From Candidatus Poribacteria bacterium (GTDB lineage: Bacteria > Poribacteria > WGA-4E > WGA-3G): a DNA stretch of 64,000 nt. The notes under the pieces were generated by a model. That model saw nothing but the letters and a program-made list of their open reading frames with translations, was not told where the DNA came from and searched no databases. Below, one piece after another: positions 1 through 10,168 of the stretch. The number at the start of each line of letters is the position of its first letter. Position 1 is the stretch's first letter. Position numbers and translations under genes: made by a program. Location of the stretch: positions 82,741 to 146,740 of the forward strand of contig CAXXUA010000007.1 of assembly GCA_963663765.2 (NCBI GenBank), in the 5' to 3' direction.

Positions 1-326
1 ACACATACGGATGACACATGCGTAAGGTATTCTTCAATCAATACTATCAGTAATGCTTATTATCTGACTATTTTTAAAAAATAATCCTTACCAACTCCTC
101 AGGGTTGTTTTATGCATATTACACGATACCTGAGAAAATCGCGACCGGCAAAACAAGAAATCCAACGGTATGAATGCGCGTATGGCATTCCCCGGGTATG
201 AATGCCTTTTGGCATTCCCCGGTTCGTTACTACCGCGGGATTTCATTTTTTAGAAATCCGAACATTAGGCAAACTGAATAACCCTACCAATTCCCAAAAC
301 TTCTTGACATAAATTCCCAAAACTTC

Positions 327-356
327 TTGACATATTCATGTTTTGCGTGGTATTTT
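327..356 (+). promoter_or_regulatory. sigma70-like promoter of the GT3 gene; the -35 lies in a 23-bp tandem duplication (289-334)
   Basis: TTGACA (327-332), 18 nt, TATTTT preceded by TG. Confidence 0.5.
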
Positions 357-393
357 AAACAATCTAAAGTTATTGTATAGGTGAGGTGAGAAC

Positions 394-2142
394 TTGAGTA
401 TTGTTGTTCACGTTACACACGAAGCAATCCAAAAAATGGGTGGAATCGGTGCAGTATTGGAAGGGTTGCTAACAACACGTAGCTACAACGAAGGGATTGA
501 GCGTACGTTTCTTGTCGGACCGCTTTTTTCTGGTGCCGATTTAGGAGCATTGGATTCAGTGTTGTATCATGCAGTCGAAGGTATTAGGACAACACCACAC
601 GCTGACGCACTGAGTGATATTGAAAAGACTTTTCATGTTGAAATTGTCTATGGACTAAGGCGTTTTGAAGGTAAAGATCACGAGGTCGTTACACTGACAG
701 ATGTATTGTTGATTGATGTATCTAATGGTAATGTAGACTTAGTGGGTCAGTTCAAGTGGCAACTCTACGAACATTTTGGCATTGAATCAAGCCGTTACGA
801 GAATCAATGGGAGTTTGAGGAATATGTCCGTCTTGCTGAACCTGCTTATGATGCGTTACGGGTACTCATGGGTGAAGAAACCAGTACGCCAGTGTATGTT
901 ATATCACATGAGTTTATGGGGATGCCGCTTGCACTCAAAACGCAGATTGAACGGAAAAACGGTAATGGTGCATCAAATATGCGGACTGTCTTTTATGCTC
1001 ATGAAGTTGCGACAATACGACCTATCGTTGAAGGACATCCCGGTCATGATGTTCGTTTTTACAATGCTTTAGAACAGGCTAAGAATGAAGGTAAGTTAAT
1101 CCGTGACGTGTTTGGGGATCCGTTCTGGTATTACAAGCACGCATTGATTGACAAAGCGCATCTCTGTGATACGATCTTTGCTGTTGGTGATCTTGTTGTA
1201 GATGAACTCCGCTTTCTGTCACAACCGTTTGAATCGTATCCTATCAATCTTGTTTACAATGGAATACCTGCTTTTGAGACGAGTATGGAGGATAAGTTAG
1301 AGTCAAAATCTCGTCTTCAAAAGTATACCAGAACGCTTCTTGACTATCGTCCTGATTATGTATTTACACATGTCACACGTCTTGTCAAAAGCAAAGGATT
1401 GTGGCGTGATCTACAAGTGTTAACACATTTGGATTCACTGCTTGCATCTAATGACAAGACTGCGGTGTTGTTTATTCTATCAACAGAGATTGCAACGGGT
1501 CGTCCACACGAGGATATTCGTGAAATGGAACGTGAATATGGTTGGCCTGTCCACCATAAAATCGGTTATCCTGATTTGGTAGGTGCGGAGATAGAATTGA
1601 ACAATGGTATCTCCGCGTTTAATTTACAGTCTAAAGCAATTAAGGTCGTTTTTGTCAATCAATTTGGTTGGGATCAAGCGTCTTGTGGCACACGAATGCC
1701 AATGGATATGGAGTTTATGGACATTCGTAAAGGGAGTGATGCAGAATTTGGACAGTCAATCTATGAACCTTTTGGTATTGCGCAAGTAGAACCACTTAGT
1801 TTTGGTGCGATCTGTGTTGTCAGCAATGTATGCGGATGTTGCGGTTTCATCCAACGTGCTACTGATAACAACGAGGTGCCGAATGTTGTTATTGCTGACT
1901 ATACGCACCTGAATTCGCCTCCGAAGTCTTTAGAAAATGTCTTGGACATCGGTTTAGCGGAACGGACACAGATTGAAGTTGAGAATAGCCGTGACATTGC
2001 AGCGAAACTTCTTGGTCGTCTACCAAGAAAACAACGTGACGTTGAGGATATGATTAGAGAAGGTTATGAGATTGCCTCTCGAATGAGTTGGGAAGTTGTC
2101 GTTAGGGATTATTTCTTGCCTGGGTTGAAACAGGCGTTATGA
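394..2142 (+). CDS. GT3-family (eukaryote-type) glycogen synthase-like glycosyltransferase
   Basis: N-terminal HEAIQKMGGIG resembles GT3 WEVxNKVGGI; also SHEFM, YNGI, KGL and C-terminal SIYEPFG motifs; TTG start after GAGGTGAG. Confidence 0.7.
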   Translation: MSIVVHVTHEAIQKMGGIGAVLEGLLTTRSYNEGIERTFLVGPLFSGADLGALDSVLYHAVEGIRTTPHADALSDIEKTFHVEIVYGLRRFEGKDHEVVTLTDVLLIDVSNGNVDLVGQFKWQLYEHFGIESSRYENQWEFEEYVRLAEPAYDALRVLMGEETSTPVYVISHEFMGMPLALKTQIERKNGNGASNMRTVFYAHEVATIRPIVEGHPGHDVRFYNALEQAKNEGKLIRDVFGDPFWYYKHALIDKAHLCDTIFAVGDLVVDELRFLSQPFESYPINLVYNGIPAFETSMEDKLESKSRLQKYTRTLLDYRPDYVFTHVTRLVKSKGLWRDLQVLTHLDSLLASNDKTAVLFILSTEIATGRPHEDIREMEREYGWPVHHKIGYPDLVGAEIELNNGISAFNLQSKAIKVVFVNQFGWDQASCGTRMPMDMEFMDIRKGSDAEFGQSIYEPFGIAQVEPLSFGAICVVSNVCGCCGFIQRATDNNEVPNVVIADYTHLNSPPKSLENVLDIGLAERTQIEVENSRDIAAKLLGRLPRKQRDVEDMIREGYEIASRMSWEVVVRDYFLPGLKQAL

Positions 2143-2180
2143 TGACTTAGTAAATTTTAGCACAAAAGGATATTATCATT

Positions 2181-3041
2181 ATGCAAAATGTTCGTAATTC
2201 TCATGAGCCTATGCCGTTGGCTCCTGCTGAGAAGTTGATGGCTCCGGAACAGAAGTTCTTCTTTGATCTTCGTGGTTGGATTTTATTACCATCGGTCTTA
2301 TCGGAATCGGAAATAGAAGTGATGAAAACGGAAGTGTATGCTGGTGCCAAACATTGTTATCAAGGTGCACTTCAGAATTTACTTGATCATCCTGCAATTG
2401 TTGGAATTCTAAATGAAATTGTTGCGGATGAACGTTTTATATTTGATGATTGCTACGGTTTTCGGTGTGAGAATTCGTTTACTACGGTCAGGCAGCCTGG
2501 GTGGAAAACTCCATCTGAAAGAGGTACTGCAGTACCACATGTCGTGCGTCCGCCTCAACAAGCGAATGCAGTGCGGTATCAGGTGTCAGGTGGTAAGATA
2601 TTTGCTGGACTCACCCGTGTGGTTTGGGAACTGGAGGAGGTGAAAGCAGGACAAGGAGGTACTACTTTTCTCACAGGTTCGCACAAGGCTCACTTCAACT
2701 ATGGTGGGCCGGATCCAAATCGTCCGAATATTAGTGAATCACCTTGGGAAGAAAAAATAAAGGATCTGATGGATGACTATAGTTGTCCGGCAGGGTCTGC
2801 GCTTATATTCACTGAAAGTCTGATACATGCGACCAACAACTGGACGAATCCTGACAATCCGCGTTGTGCTGTGTTTAATTGTTACAACTCAATCTGGGCT
2901 CAATGGTATCGGTTGAATCTAAGTCATGAAATAATAGAAAAGATGCCTACAAAACGTCAATCCTTATTCCGTGGGACGTGGGCGATAGGCGGTGGTCCTG
3001 GTGGAAACCGTCAGTATTCGTTGGATAATACGACCAAATAA
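2181..3041 (+). CDS. PhyH-family Fe(II)/2-oxoglutarate dioxygenase-like protein
   Basis: FFFDLRGW, GGT..GSHK, FTESLIH and NPR motifs; tandem paralog of the next gene. Confidence 0.8.
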   Translation: MQNVRNSHEPMPLAPAEKLMAPEQKFFFDLRGWILLPSVLSESEIEVMKTEVYAGAKHCYQGALQNLLDHPAIVGILNEIVADERFIFDDCYGFRCENSFTTVRQPGWKTPSERGTAVPHVVRPPQQANAVRYQVSGGKIFAGLTRVVWELEEVKAGQGGTTFLTGSHKAHFNYGGPDPNRPNISESPWEEKIKDLMDDYSCPAGSALIFTESLIHATNNWTNPDNPRCAVFNCYNSIWAQWYRLNLSHEIIEKMPTKRQSLFRGTWAIGGGPGGNRQYSLDNTTK

Positions 3042-3066
3042 TTCCAAGACTATTAAGGAGATATAA

Positions 3067-3906
3067 ATGTCAAAAGAAACGTTAAATGATGTACCTGTGC
3101 CAATGACTGAAGAACAGAAGTTTTTCTTTGATTTGCGCGGTTGGATTTTATTACCATCATTATTGTCTGACTCGGAAATAGAAGATATGAAAGCAGAAGT
3201 GTATGCAGGGGCAAGGCAATGTTATCAAGGTGCACTTCAATCGCTACTTGACCATCCTGGGATTGTCGGTATTCTGAATGAGATTCTGTCCGAAAACCCT
3301 TTCGTCCATGATGATTGCTACGGATTTAGATGTGAAGGATCATTCACGACTGTCCGAGAATCTGGTTGGAGCAAGTCTTCACGAGGTGACAACGGTTTAC
3401 CACACGTCGTGCGACCTCCACAACAAGCAAATGCAATGCGGTATCAGGTCGCAGGTGGAAAGATATTTGCCGGATTAACACGTGTTGTGTGGGAACTTGA
3501 GGAGGTAAAAGCAGGACAAGGTGGCACCTCTTTTCTAAGCGGTTCTCATAAAGCACATTTCAACTATGGAGGCCCCGATCCCTATCGTCCGAATATCGGT
3601 GAATCTCCTTGGGAGGATAGCATGCGGGAGATGATGGAGGACTATAGCTGCCCACCCGGTTCAGTGGTTATTTTCACCGAAAGCCTTGTGCATGCTGCGA
3701 ATGATTGGACGAATCCTTCTAATCCTCGGTGTGCGGTGTTCAATTGCTATAACTCTATTTGGGCACAGTGGCATCGGTTGAATTTGGGTCATGAGATTAT
3801 TGAAACAATGCCGACGAGAAGACAATCGTTGTTCCGCGGGACGTGGGCGATTGGTGGTGGTCCTGGTGGTAATCGTGCGTATTCACTGGATAATAGCACG
3901 ATGTAA
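3067..3906 (+). CDS. PhyH-family Fe(II)/2-oxoglutarate dioxygenase-like protein
   Basis: same motifs; AAGGAG RBS; highly similar to 2181-3041. Confidence 0.8.
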   Translation: MSKETLNDVPVPMTEEQKFFFDLRGWILLPSLLSDSEIEDMKAEVYAGARQCYQGALQSLLDHPGIVGILNEILSENPFVHDDCYGFRCEGSFTTVRESGWSKSSRGDNGLPHVVRPPQQANAMRYQVAGGKIFAGLTRVVWELEEVKAGQGGTSFLSGSHKAHFNYGGPDPYRPNIGESPWEDSMREMMEDYSCPPGSVVIFTESLVHAANDWTNPSNPRCAVFNCYNSIWAQWHRLNLGHEIIETMPTRRQSLFRGTWAIGGGPGGNRAYSLDNSTM

Positions 3907-3989
3907 AAGAGTTTTGCGTGCTGCTATATCTTATAGTAAAATCCATAATTTTTTGGACACGACGGTAGGTTCGGTTTCCTAACCGAACC

Positions 3990-4435
3990 TAGACGTCAAT
4001 TTAAGTTAGAAGTTCTCTATTCTTGTGTAAGTGAAACCTTGGATGTTCTAATTCCTTCAGATGGCACCTTTATCGTAGGTCTTTCTTTTACCCATAAGTT
4101 TTTGGGTATTGTCCGTTAAGTCTTTTGTGGGTGCCTATTGCTCAAAAACACCTGAAAACTGACCAATATTTTAGATGGTAGAATACCGTTATAGGCTTTT
4201 TAGACAAGTTTCACAAGATTTTTTAGTTCTTATGACCAGTTTTCTGTAATCTATCGGGGTTAGAAACCCCTCCTACAGCAGCATGTCGTGCCTTTGTACC
4301 TCCAATTTGACTTATGGGTAAAAGTAAGATCGTAGGGGCGGGGTTTCCCCGCCCGATTGGTAGTTTGTTTACACGGGCGAGGAGACCTCGCCCCTACGAT
4401 GTGTGCGAGGATTAGCGGACTTAAATAGACGTCTA
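3990..4435. mobile_element. MITE-like element (TAGACGTC[A/T]ATTTAAGT ends) containing a nested element at 4080-4329 and a GTAG REP pair at 4331-4397
   Basis: inverted ends at 3990-4006 and 4419-4435; the inner element has TTTTACCCATAAG/CTTATGGGTAAAA ends and a TCGTAGG direct repeat on both sides. Confidence 0.65.
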
Positions 4436-4448
4436 TGGTGCGGTGTTG

Positions 4449-6509
4449 TTAATTCTGGTCTGCGGCTAATACCAATGCACTTCGGGCAGGGACGTAGAGT
4501 TGGATAGATTGAGTATGTCCCTCTATTGCTACGTCTTGCCAAGGATAATGGACTCCTTCAACTGCACCGAAACCACCAAAATTGGTGTCATCTGTATTGA
4601 GAATGAGAAGGTAATCCCTTTGTTCAGGAACGGGTATACGCCAATCTTTGACAGAATTTGTCGGATGGAAGTTGAAGGCGAACACAAGATTACCGCGCGT
4701 ATAGATTATCTGCTTTGCGTCCTCATGAATGAACAGCAAATGTATGTCATCATCAGAGAGTAAATGGCACTCTGTATCAAGTAGTTGCATGGCGATATCA
4801 AAAGCGTTTAAGTGTTTGTAATAGAGTGTATCATCATCAACGAGAAGCCACTGTCTGCGTGCATACCAGTAGGAGTTGTTGTTACCAGCACGAGGGAAGT
4901 CTATCCATTCCGGATGACCGAATTCATTACCCATAAAGTTGAGATACCCCTCTCCACCTAAGCTAAATGTGAGAAGTCGAATCAGTTTATGCAGTGCTAC
5001 GCCACGTGCAATGCGAAGACTCGGTGTGATCACACTCATATTCGTATAGAGTTCGGCATCCATCAACTGCATTGCAAGCGTTTTGTCTCCGACAATACTT
5101 TGGTCGTGACTCTCAACATAAGCGATGTGTTTTTCGTCCCTACGGCGATTGCGTAACATACCGTATATTTCACCGATGTGCCACTCTTCGTCCATTTTCT
5201 CCTTCAACAACCGGATCCAATAATCTGGTATCCCCATGGCTAATCGATAATCAAAACCGAGTCCGCCTTCATTGATGGGGCGCGCGAGACCGGGCATGCC
5301 ACTCATATCTTCAGCAACGGAAATTGCGTTTGGGTTAACAGCATGGACGACATCGTTTGCTAACATCAGATATGTAAACGCATCTAACTCGACATTGTCA
5401 TCAAAATATGCATCGTAGTGGGAGAACTTTTTGCCAAGTCCGTGATCCTTATAGAGCATGCTTGTAACACCATCAAATCTAAAGCCGTCAAACCTATAGG
5501 TTTCTAACCAATAACGGATATTACTGAGTAGGAACCGCTGTACTTCGTATTTACTATAATCAAAACAGAGTGAATCCCAAGCTACATGTTCTCCTTTTGC
5601 ACCTGCGTGAAAGTATTGATGATCTGTGCCGTCAAAGCGGTTCAATCCTTCGTTGATGTTTTTCACAGCATGACTATGCACCAGATCCATAATGACTAGC
5701 AACCCCATACCGTGTGCAGTATCAATGAGTTCTTTCAGTTCTTCAGGTGTTCCAAAACGGCTTGATACAGCGAAGAAATTACTTACGTGATACCCGAAAC
5801 TTGCATAATATGGATGCTCCATAATTGCCATCAGTTGTATGGTGTTGTATCCTAAATTGGCGATTCTGGGTAGTACGTTTTGTGTGAATTCAACGAATGT
5901 ACCGACCTTTTCATCCTCCTGTGCCATACCGATGTGTGTTTCGTATATGCGTATTCCTTCTTTGTTGAAGTCTAAGTTTGGAACTTGATTTTTCCATTGA
6001 TAGGGATTGGTAGGATGCCAATATTGTCCTGTGAAATCGGTATCATTTTCTTGAATGACGCGCTGGATATATGCCGGGATTCTATCATGCTGACCTTGAT
6101 CAGATCTGACATGTACCTTCACGCGACTTTCGTGCGTGAAGCGATTCGCATAGTGTGTATCGGGTAGAAACAGATGCCAAATACCCCATTTATCCACGGA
6201 CATGGGGTGCGTATCACGGTTCCACTCGTTGAAGTCTCCAATAAGTGATAGGTATTTTGCACCTGGTGCCCACTCGCGATACCACACACCGCTTTCGTCA
6301 TCATTTTCCCCACGGTTGAATCCGAAATAATGATGACCTTGGCTGATTTCACCTAAGATGCCGTCAGTTTTCTCAATTTTTGCTTTGAAACTTTGGTAGT
6401 GCTTATGCCTTTCACGCAATGGTGTTATATAGGGTTTTAGAAGTGGATCAAGTTCAATAAGGTGTGTACCGTCAGATCGCAGTTTTGTCATAGTGGTGAT
6501 AAGTGACAT
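4449..6509 (-). CDS. glgB: 1,4-alpha-glucan branching enzyme, GH13_8 (GBE1/SBE-like) type
   Basis: MEHPYYASFGYHV, SSRFGTPEELK, GFRFDGVTSMLY, YVESHDQ, YLNFMGNEFGHPEWIDFPR. Confidence 0.93.
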   Translation of the reverse strand: MSLITTMTKLRSDGTHLIELDPLLKPYITPLRERHKHYQSFKAKIEKTDGILGEISQGHHYFGFNRGENDDESGVWYREWAPGAKYLSLIGDFNEWNRDTHPMSVDKWGIWHLFLPDTHYANRFTHESRVKVHVRSDQGQHDRIPAYIQRVIQENDTDFTGQYWHPTNPYQWKNQVPNLDFNKEGIRIYETHIGMAQEDEKVGTFVEFTQNVLPRIANLGYNTIQLMAIMEHPYYASFGYHVSNFFAVSSRFGTPEELKELIDTAHGMGLLVIMDLVHSHAVKNINEGLNRFDGTDHQYFHAGAKGEHVAWDSLCFDYSKYEVQRFLLSNIRYWLETYRFDGFRFDGVTSMLYKDHGLGKKFSHYDAYFDDNVELDAFTYLMLANDVVHAVNPNAISVAEDMSGMPGLARPINEGGLGFDYRLAMGIPDYWIRLLKEKMDEEWHIGEIYGMLRNRRRDEKHIAYVESHDQSIVGDKTLAMQLMDAELYTNMSVITPSLRIARGVALHKLIRLLTFSLGGEGYLNFMGNEFGHPEWIDFPRAGNNNSYWYARRQWLLVDDDTLYYKHLNAFDIAMQLLDTECHLLSDDDIHLLFIHEDAKQIIYTRGNLVFAFNFHPTNSVKDWRIPVPEQRDYLLILNTDDTNFGGFGAVEGVHYPWQDVAIEGHTQSIQLYVPARSALVLAADQN

Positions 6510-6541
6510 TGTGTTCTGACTATATTTTGAAAGGTGTTCTT

Positions 6542-7384
6542 CTATTCTAACGAAATCAACTTGTCGATTTCTGCATCTAATTCTGTTTTACTGAGTTTTG
6601 AAAGTCTTTGGAATTCCGTGTCTGTGAGATGGTCAAACAATTGATCAATTTCGGTATACAATTCATTTGTATCTTCTGTCATGCTAATATCTTCATTTGA
6701 ATCAAGGTCTATTGTATACTTATTACCATATACATCGGTTATATTAATTATACCACGTTTGTGTTCCTCTGGAATCTTAACAGAACCATCTTCCTGAAAG
6801 ATAGGTTGCGATGCACCGCTATCTGTATACGATTCTACACCAAATACATTAATTGGAAACTTTGTGGATGTACCATCTTCATTCTCTTTAAGTTTTACGA
6901 TTGCAGATTCGACGCTGTTCATTACCAATCTTTTGTTGAGTGTATCAAGGTGTTGAAACAGTTTTGAACGACTATCCGCTGGAAAATCAGCTAATTTTGT
7001 TTTTGCAGTTAAGGCGCGGATGCCGCAATTTCTTTGGAGGGGTTTGACTTCTGTGTCCGTTGAGAAGGTCCCTTCGGGAATGAAGAACAGTTCAGGATTA
7101 TTTTGGTACAACGACATGGAATGTGCTTCCAATTTTAGGCTTTCTCGTTTAGGGAGTACAAGTTTTTTTGCTAATTTAGGGTCGACTTTTTCTATTGATA
7201 CTGCAAATTCTGAATAACTTTTTAGCTCCTCTGGTGTCAATCTACCAGAATAATCATAAACGGGTGCAACTATTTCACGAGCCTGTGCGTAGATTTCTTC
7301 TCGTTGTTTGTTCCAGATAAAAAGACCAACACATATTACAATCACACTCAAAACAACAACAATAAGAATGCCTTTTTTATTCAT
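6542..7384 (-). CDS. hypothetical membrane-anchored or exported protein
   Basis: 280-aa ORF with a basic N-terminus and one hydrophobic helix. Confidence 0.65.
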   Translation of the reverse strand: MNKKGILIVVVLSVIVICVGLFIWNKQREEIYAQAREIVAPVYDYSGRLTPEELKSYSEFAVSIEKVDPKLAKKLVLPKRESLKLEAHSMSLYQNNPELFFIPEGTFSTDTEVKPLQRNCGIRALTAKTKLADFPADSRSKLFQHLDTLNKRLVMNSVESAIVKLKENEDGTSTKFPINVFGVESYTDSGASQPIFQEDGSVKIPEEHKRGIINITDVYGNKYTIDLDSNEDISMTEDTNELYTEIDQLFDHLTDTEFQRLSKLSKTELDAEIDKLISLE

Positions 7385-7558
7385 ATAAAAGATCTTTCTT
7401 CAGGATATTGTATTTAGTAAATTCATTTTACAATTAGTACTATACCTTTGTCAATATAGTTTTAGGGTTATTCAGTTCTAATAATCTATCGTTATGCTAG
7501 TTAACTTTGGGTTAAAATTAGTGATATATATAGGAATGTTTGTGGTATTCTTGTTTGT

Positions 7559-7705
7559 TGTCTGAACTAGGACTTTCAGGATTAGTAGATTTACAAGATT
7601 TACCTCATCAAGGGTTATTTATATGCGTTTATACTCTATTTTGGAATTGGATTGGATGAGAAAAATCCTGATAATCTACTAATCCTGAAAATCCTTGTTC
7701 AGACA
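7559..7705. repeat. long imperfect palindromic element (TGTCTGAAC...GTTCAGACA family)
   Basis: related copies at 25240-25388 and 22432-22565 and a half copy at 21104. Confidence 0.7.
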
Positions 7706-7837
7706 AAGAATGAGTTAACTCCCCAAAAATTAGCATACTCAAGGACTGGTGACTGTGATAGAATTTACTCAATAAAAGGTATGTACTGCGTTGATGCTGT
7801 ATTGAAATATAACTTGGTTATTTTATGGAAATCAGTC

Positions 7838-7877
7838 AAGATCATGTCTGTTATATCAAATTAACAGACATGATCTT
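7838..7877. terminator. perfect 15-bp-stem hairpin, probable terminator of the sigma54 activator gene
   Basis: AAGATCATGTCTGTT-N10-AACAGACATGATCTT. Confidence 0.45.
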
Positions 7878-7942
7878 GTTTTGTTGAAGACAAATGCGGT
7901 TAGGAAACCGCACCTACCGTTATAAATCGCGTTAATTTGGTA

Positions 7943-9046
7943 TTAGTTGGAATTTCGTTTCCATTGTGCATATCGTTGTAGTGTTCGGATATCAATTTCT
8001 AACGATTTTGCAGCTTCACGTAATGATGTATGATTATCTATACGCAAAGTTGCAACTTCAGAAAGAATTTGGTTCTGATTCATATTTTGAATATCTATAG
8101 ATTCACTATGCACATCCGATTGATTATCTATCGAATTCCTATCGCTATACCAGGGTTGTGGTAATTGTGTTGAGAATTCATGCGTGATGATATGTTGCAT
8201 TTCTGGATGAAGTGCATCCCATATTGCATGTTGTGTTTCGTTAGAGAGTTCACCCCATAGCGTTATTAGTGTTTGTAGGTAATCTGGATAGATATTTGGA
8301 AAATCCTTGAGTTCAAGTTTTTCTGCTGTTGTTAGTGCGATAGCTGTTTGTATTGTACTTCTCAGCTGCCGTATGTTACCTTTCCATGCCGCTTGTTTCA
8401 GACGTTTTAGTGCCTCTATAGTGATTCCAGACACATCTTTATCATATTCAGCACTAAATTCATTGATAAAAGCATCTATTAATGGAGAAATATCTTCTGT
8501 TCGTTCGCGGAGTGGTGGTAGATGAATCCTCATACCTTTCAGACGGTAGTATAGGTCTTCTCTAAAGTGTTTTTCAGCGACGTCCTTTTCAATGTCTCTG
8601 TTCGTTGCGGTGAGTATATGAACATCTACAGTTAATATTTGATTTCCCCCAAGTCTGGTGAATTTTGATGTGTCTAAGACGCGTAGTAGCATTTTCTGTG
8701 CATCCATTGACATTTCAGGCACTTCATCTAAAAAGAGAATACCTCCATTTGCGAGTTCAAATGCCCCTTGTCTTTGTCGTATTGCACTTGTAAATGCGCC
8801 AGCTTCATGACCGAATAATTCACTTTGTAGGAGTTCTGTTGAATATCTTCCGCAATTGATTGCTACAAAAGGTTTTTCCTTCCGCTGACTATTTTCATAA
8901 ATATACTTTGCAATTCCTTCTTTACCTACTCCTGTATCACCTGTAATTAAGAATGGAATATTTGAATTTACAACCTGTTTTATTTTCGTATATATCATTT
9001 GCATCTGTTTAGATGGCAATTCGATGTAAGTTGGTTGCATGTTCAT
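7943..9046 (-). CDS. sigma54-dependent enhancer-binding protein (AAA+ and HTH, no N-terminal sensor)
   Basis: GDTGVGKE, ELFGHEAGAFTSA, LFLDEV, LTATNRD, FREDLYYRL, WKGNIRQL, C-terminal HTH. Confidence 0.88.
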   Translation of the reverse strand: MNMQPTYIELPSKQMQMIYTKIKQVVNSNIPFLITGDTGVGKEGIAKYIYENSQRKEKPFVAINCGRYSTELLQSELFGHEAGAFTSAIRQRQGAFELANGGILFLDEVPEMSMDAQKMLLRVLDTSKFTRLGGNQILTVDVHILTATNRDIEKDVAEKHFREDLYYRLKGMRIHLPPLRERTEDISPLIDAFINEFSAEYDKDVSGITIEALKRLKQAAWKGNIRQLRSTIQTAIALTTAEKLELKDFPNIYPDYLQTLITLWGELSNETQHAIWDALHPEMQHIITHEFSTQLPQPWYSDRNSIDNQSDVHSESIDIQNMNQNQILSEVATLRIDNHTSLREAAKSLEIDIRTLQRYAQWKRNSN

Positions 9047-9578
9047 GATGAATGTGCTCCTGTCGTTATTTTTTCGACGAAGTATTTTTTAGGTTTAAGC
9101 TATTACATTCCTAAAAGTCAGGTTTCGGTGTGATGCGTCATTACCATGACCGAATCCTTCCTTTCTTTGCGGATATATAATGCAGCACATTTTATTTTTT
9201 ACAATAAACGATATATATAGGTTTTGGGTTGACTAAAAAATCAATCATTAGTAAACTATTTTTACAGTTAGGTTTACAGTCAAGAATTCTCATCATGCAT
9301 ATTTTGTATTGAATAGCATTAATTGTCGTTTCTGTGTATAATATCCTACATTTACCGACATTATTAGTGTCTTACGGATGCAATAAATGTGAAATGATAT
9401 ATTCTCAGTTAAGAAATTCGCTTAACATAATTTATTCAGCAAAAAATATAATTAGTTAATCGTTAACATTTTCCACTGATTAAACCCATTGTACACGCAA
9501 ATTCTTGATATATCACAGATTTGTGTAGCATGTAAATTAGAATTGTTGTAACATATTATTGCGGTTTTATTTAAAGAA

Positions 9579-9594
9579 TGGCATAAAACTTGCT
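9579..9594 (+). promoter_or_regulatory. sigma54 -24/-12 promoter, divergent from the activator gene
   Basis: TGGCAT-AAAAC-TTGCT matches TGGCAC-N5-TTGCW. Confidence 0.6.
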
Positions 9595-9836
9595 AATAAT
9601 GTTCCTGTCAATAACTAAAATATAAAACTCAAAAGTATAAAATCTTGGATGTTGATTTTTACTACATCTACAATAAAAAATACTCATTTTGAGTTAACAT
9701 AATAACATAAAATAGGTATGTGCGTAATTGCTTAGTAATGCATCCCAGTGAGTAGATTGCTCCAAGCGATGTTTTATTAGCAGAAGTTGGTTTATAGTCG
9801 CGCAATTCAAAACCAAAACAAATTTTAAATATGTTT

Positions 9837-10002
9837 CAAGACTTACGTAGTTTTCTTGATTTAATCAAGAATTATGATGAAAATGATGTAATTATCAGCA
9901 ATCTTATAGGTTTCCAGCGCGCTTACAAAGCGGCAAATCAAGAAATCAACGGCAAGAATGCCATTTAGGCATTCACCGCCTAACGTTTTTGCGTAAGTCC
10001 TG
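9837..10002. mobile_element. MITE with IS701-type ends (CAGGACTTACGCA family)
   Basis: CAAGACTTACGTA...TGCGTAAGTCCTG flanked by an ATGTTT direct repeat; internally similar to the 14532 and 20595 copies. Confidence 0.8.
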
Positions 10003-10168
10003 ATGTTTATAGTGTTAGTATCACTGATGTTTGTGTTTAACACAATAAGGTGTCTAATGCTTACATGTATATTAAAATAGATATAACTTATGCGCACTTC
10101 TATGAAAATAAAATAGGAAAAAGATAAGATGAATAAATAGATATTAGGCACTATGTATGTGCCATTTG

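Noticed and set aside
9119-9160. Riboswitch upstream of the sigma54 activator
   Set aside because: A stem (GGTTTCGGT/ACCGAATCC) is present but no known aptamer consensus was recognised.
10003-10080. 25-aa hydrophobic ORF (MFIVLVSLMF...) as the target of the orphan sigma54 promoter
   Set aside because: No RBS, and such ORFs are expected by chance in AT-rich DNA; it cannot be supported.
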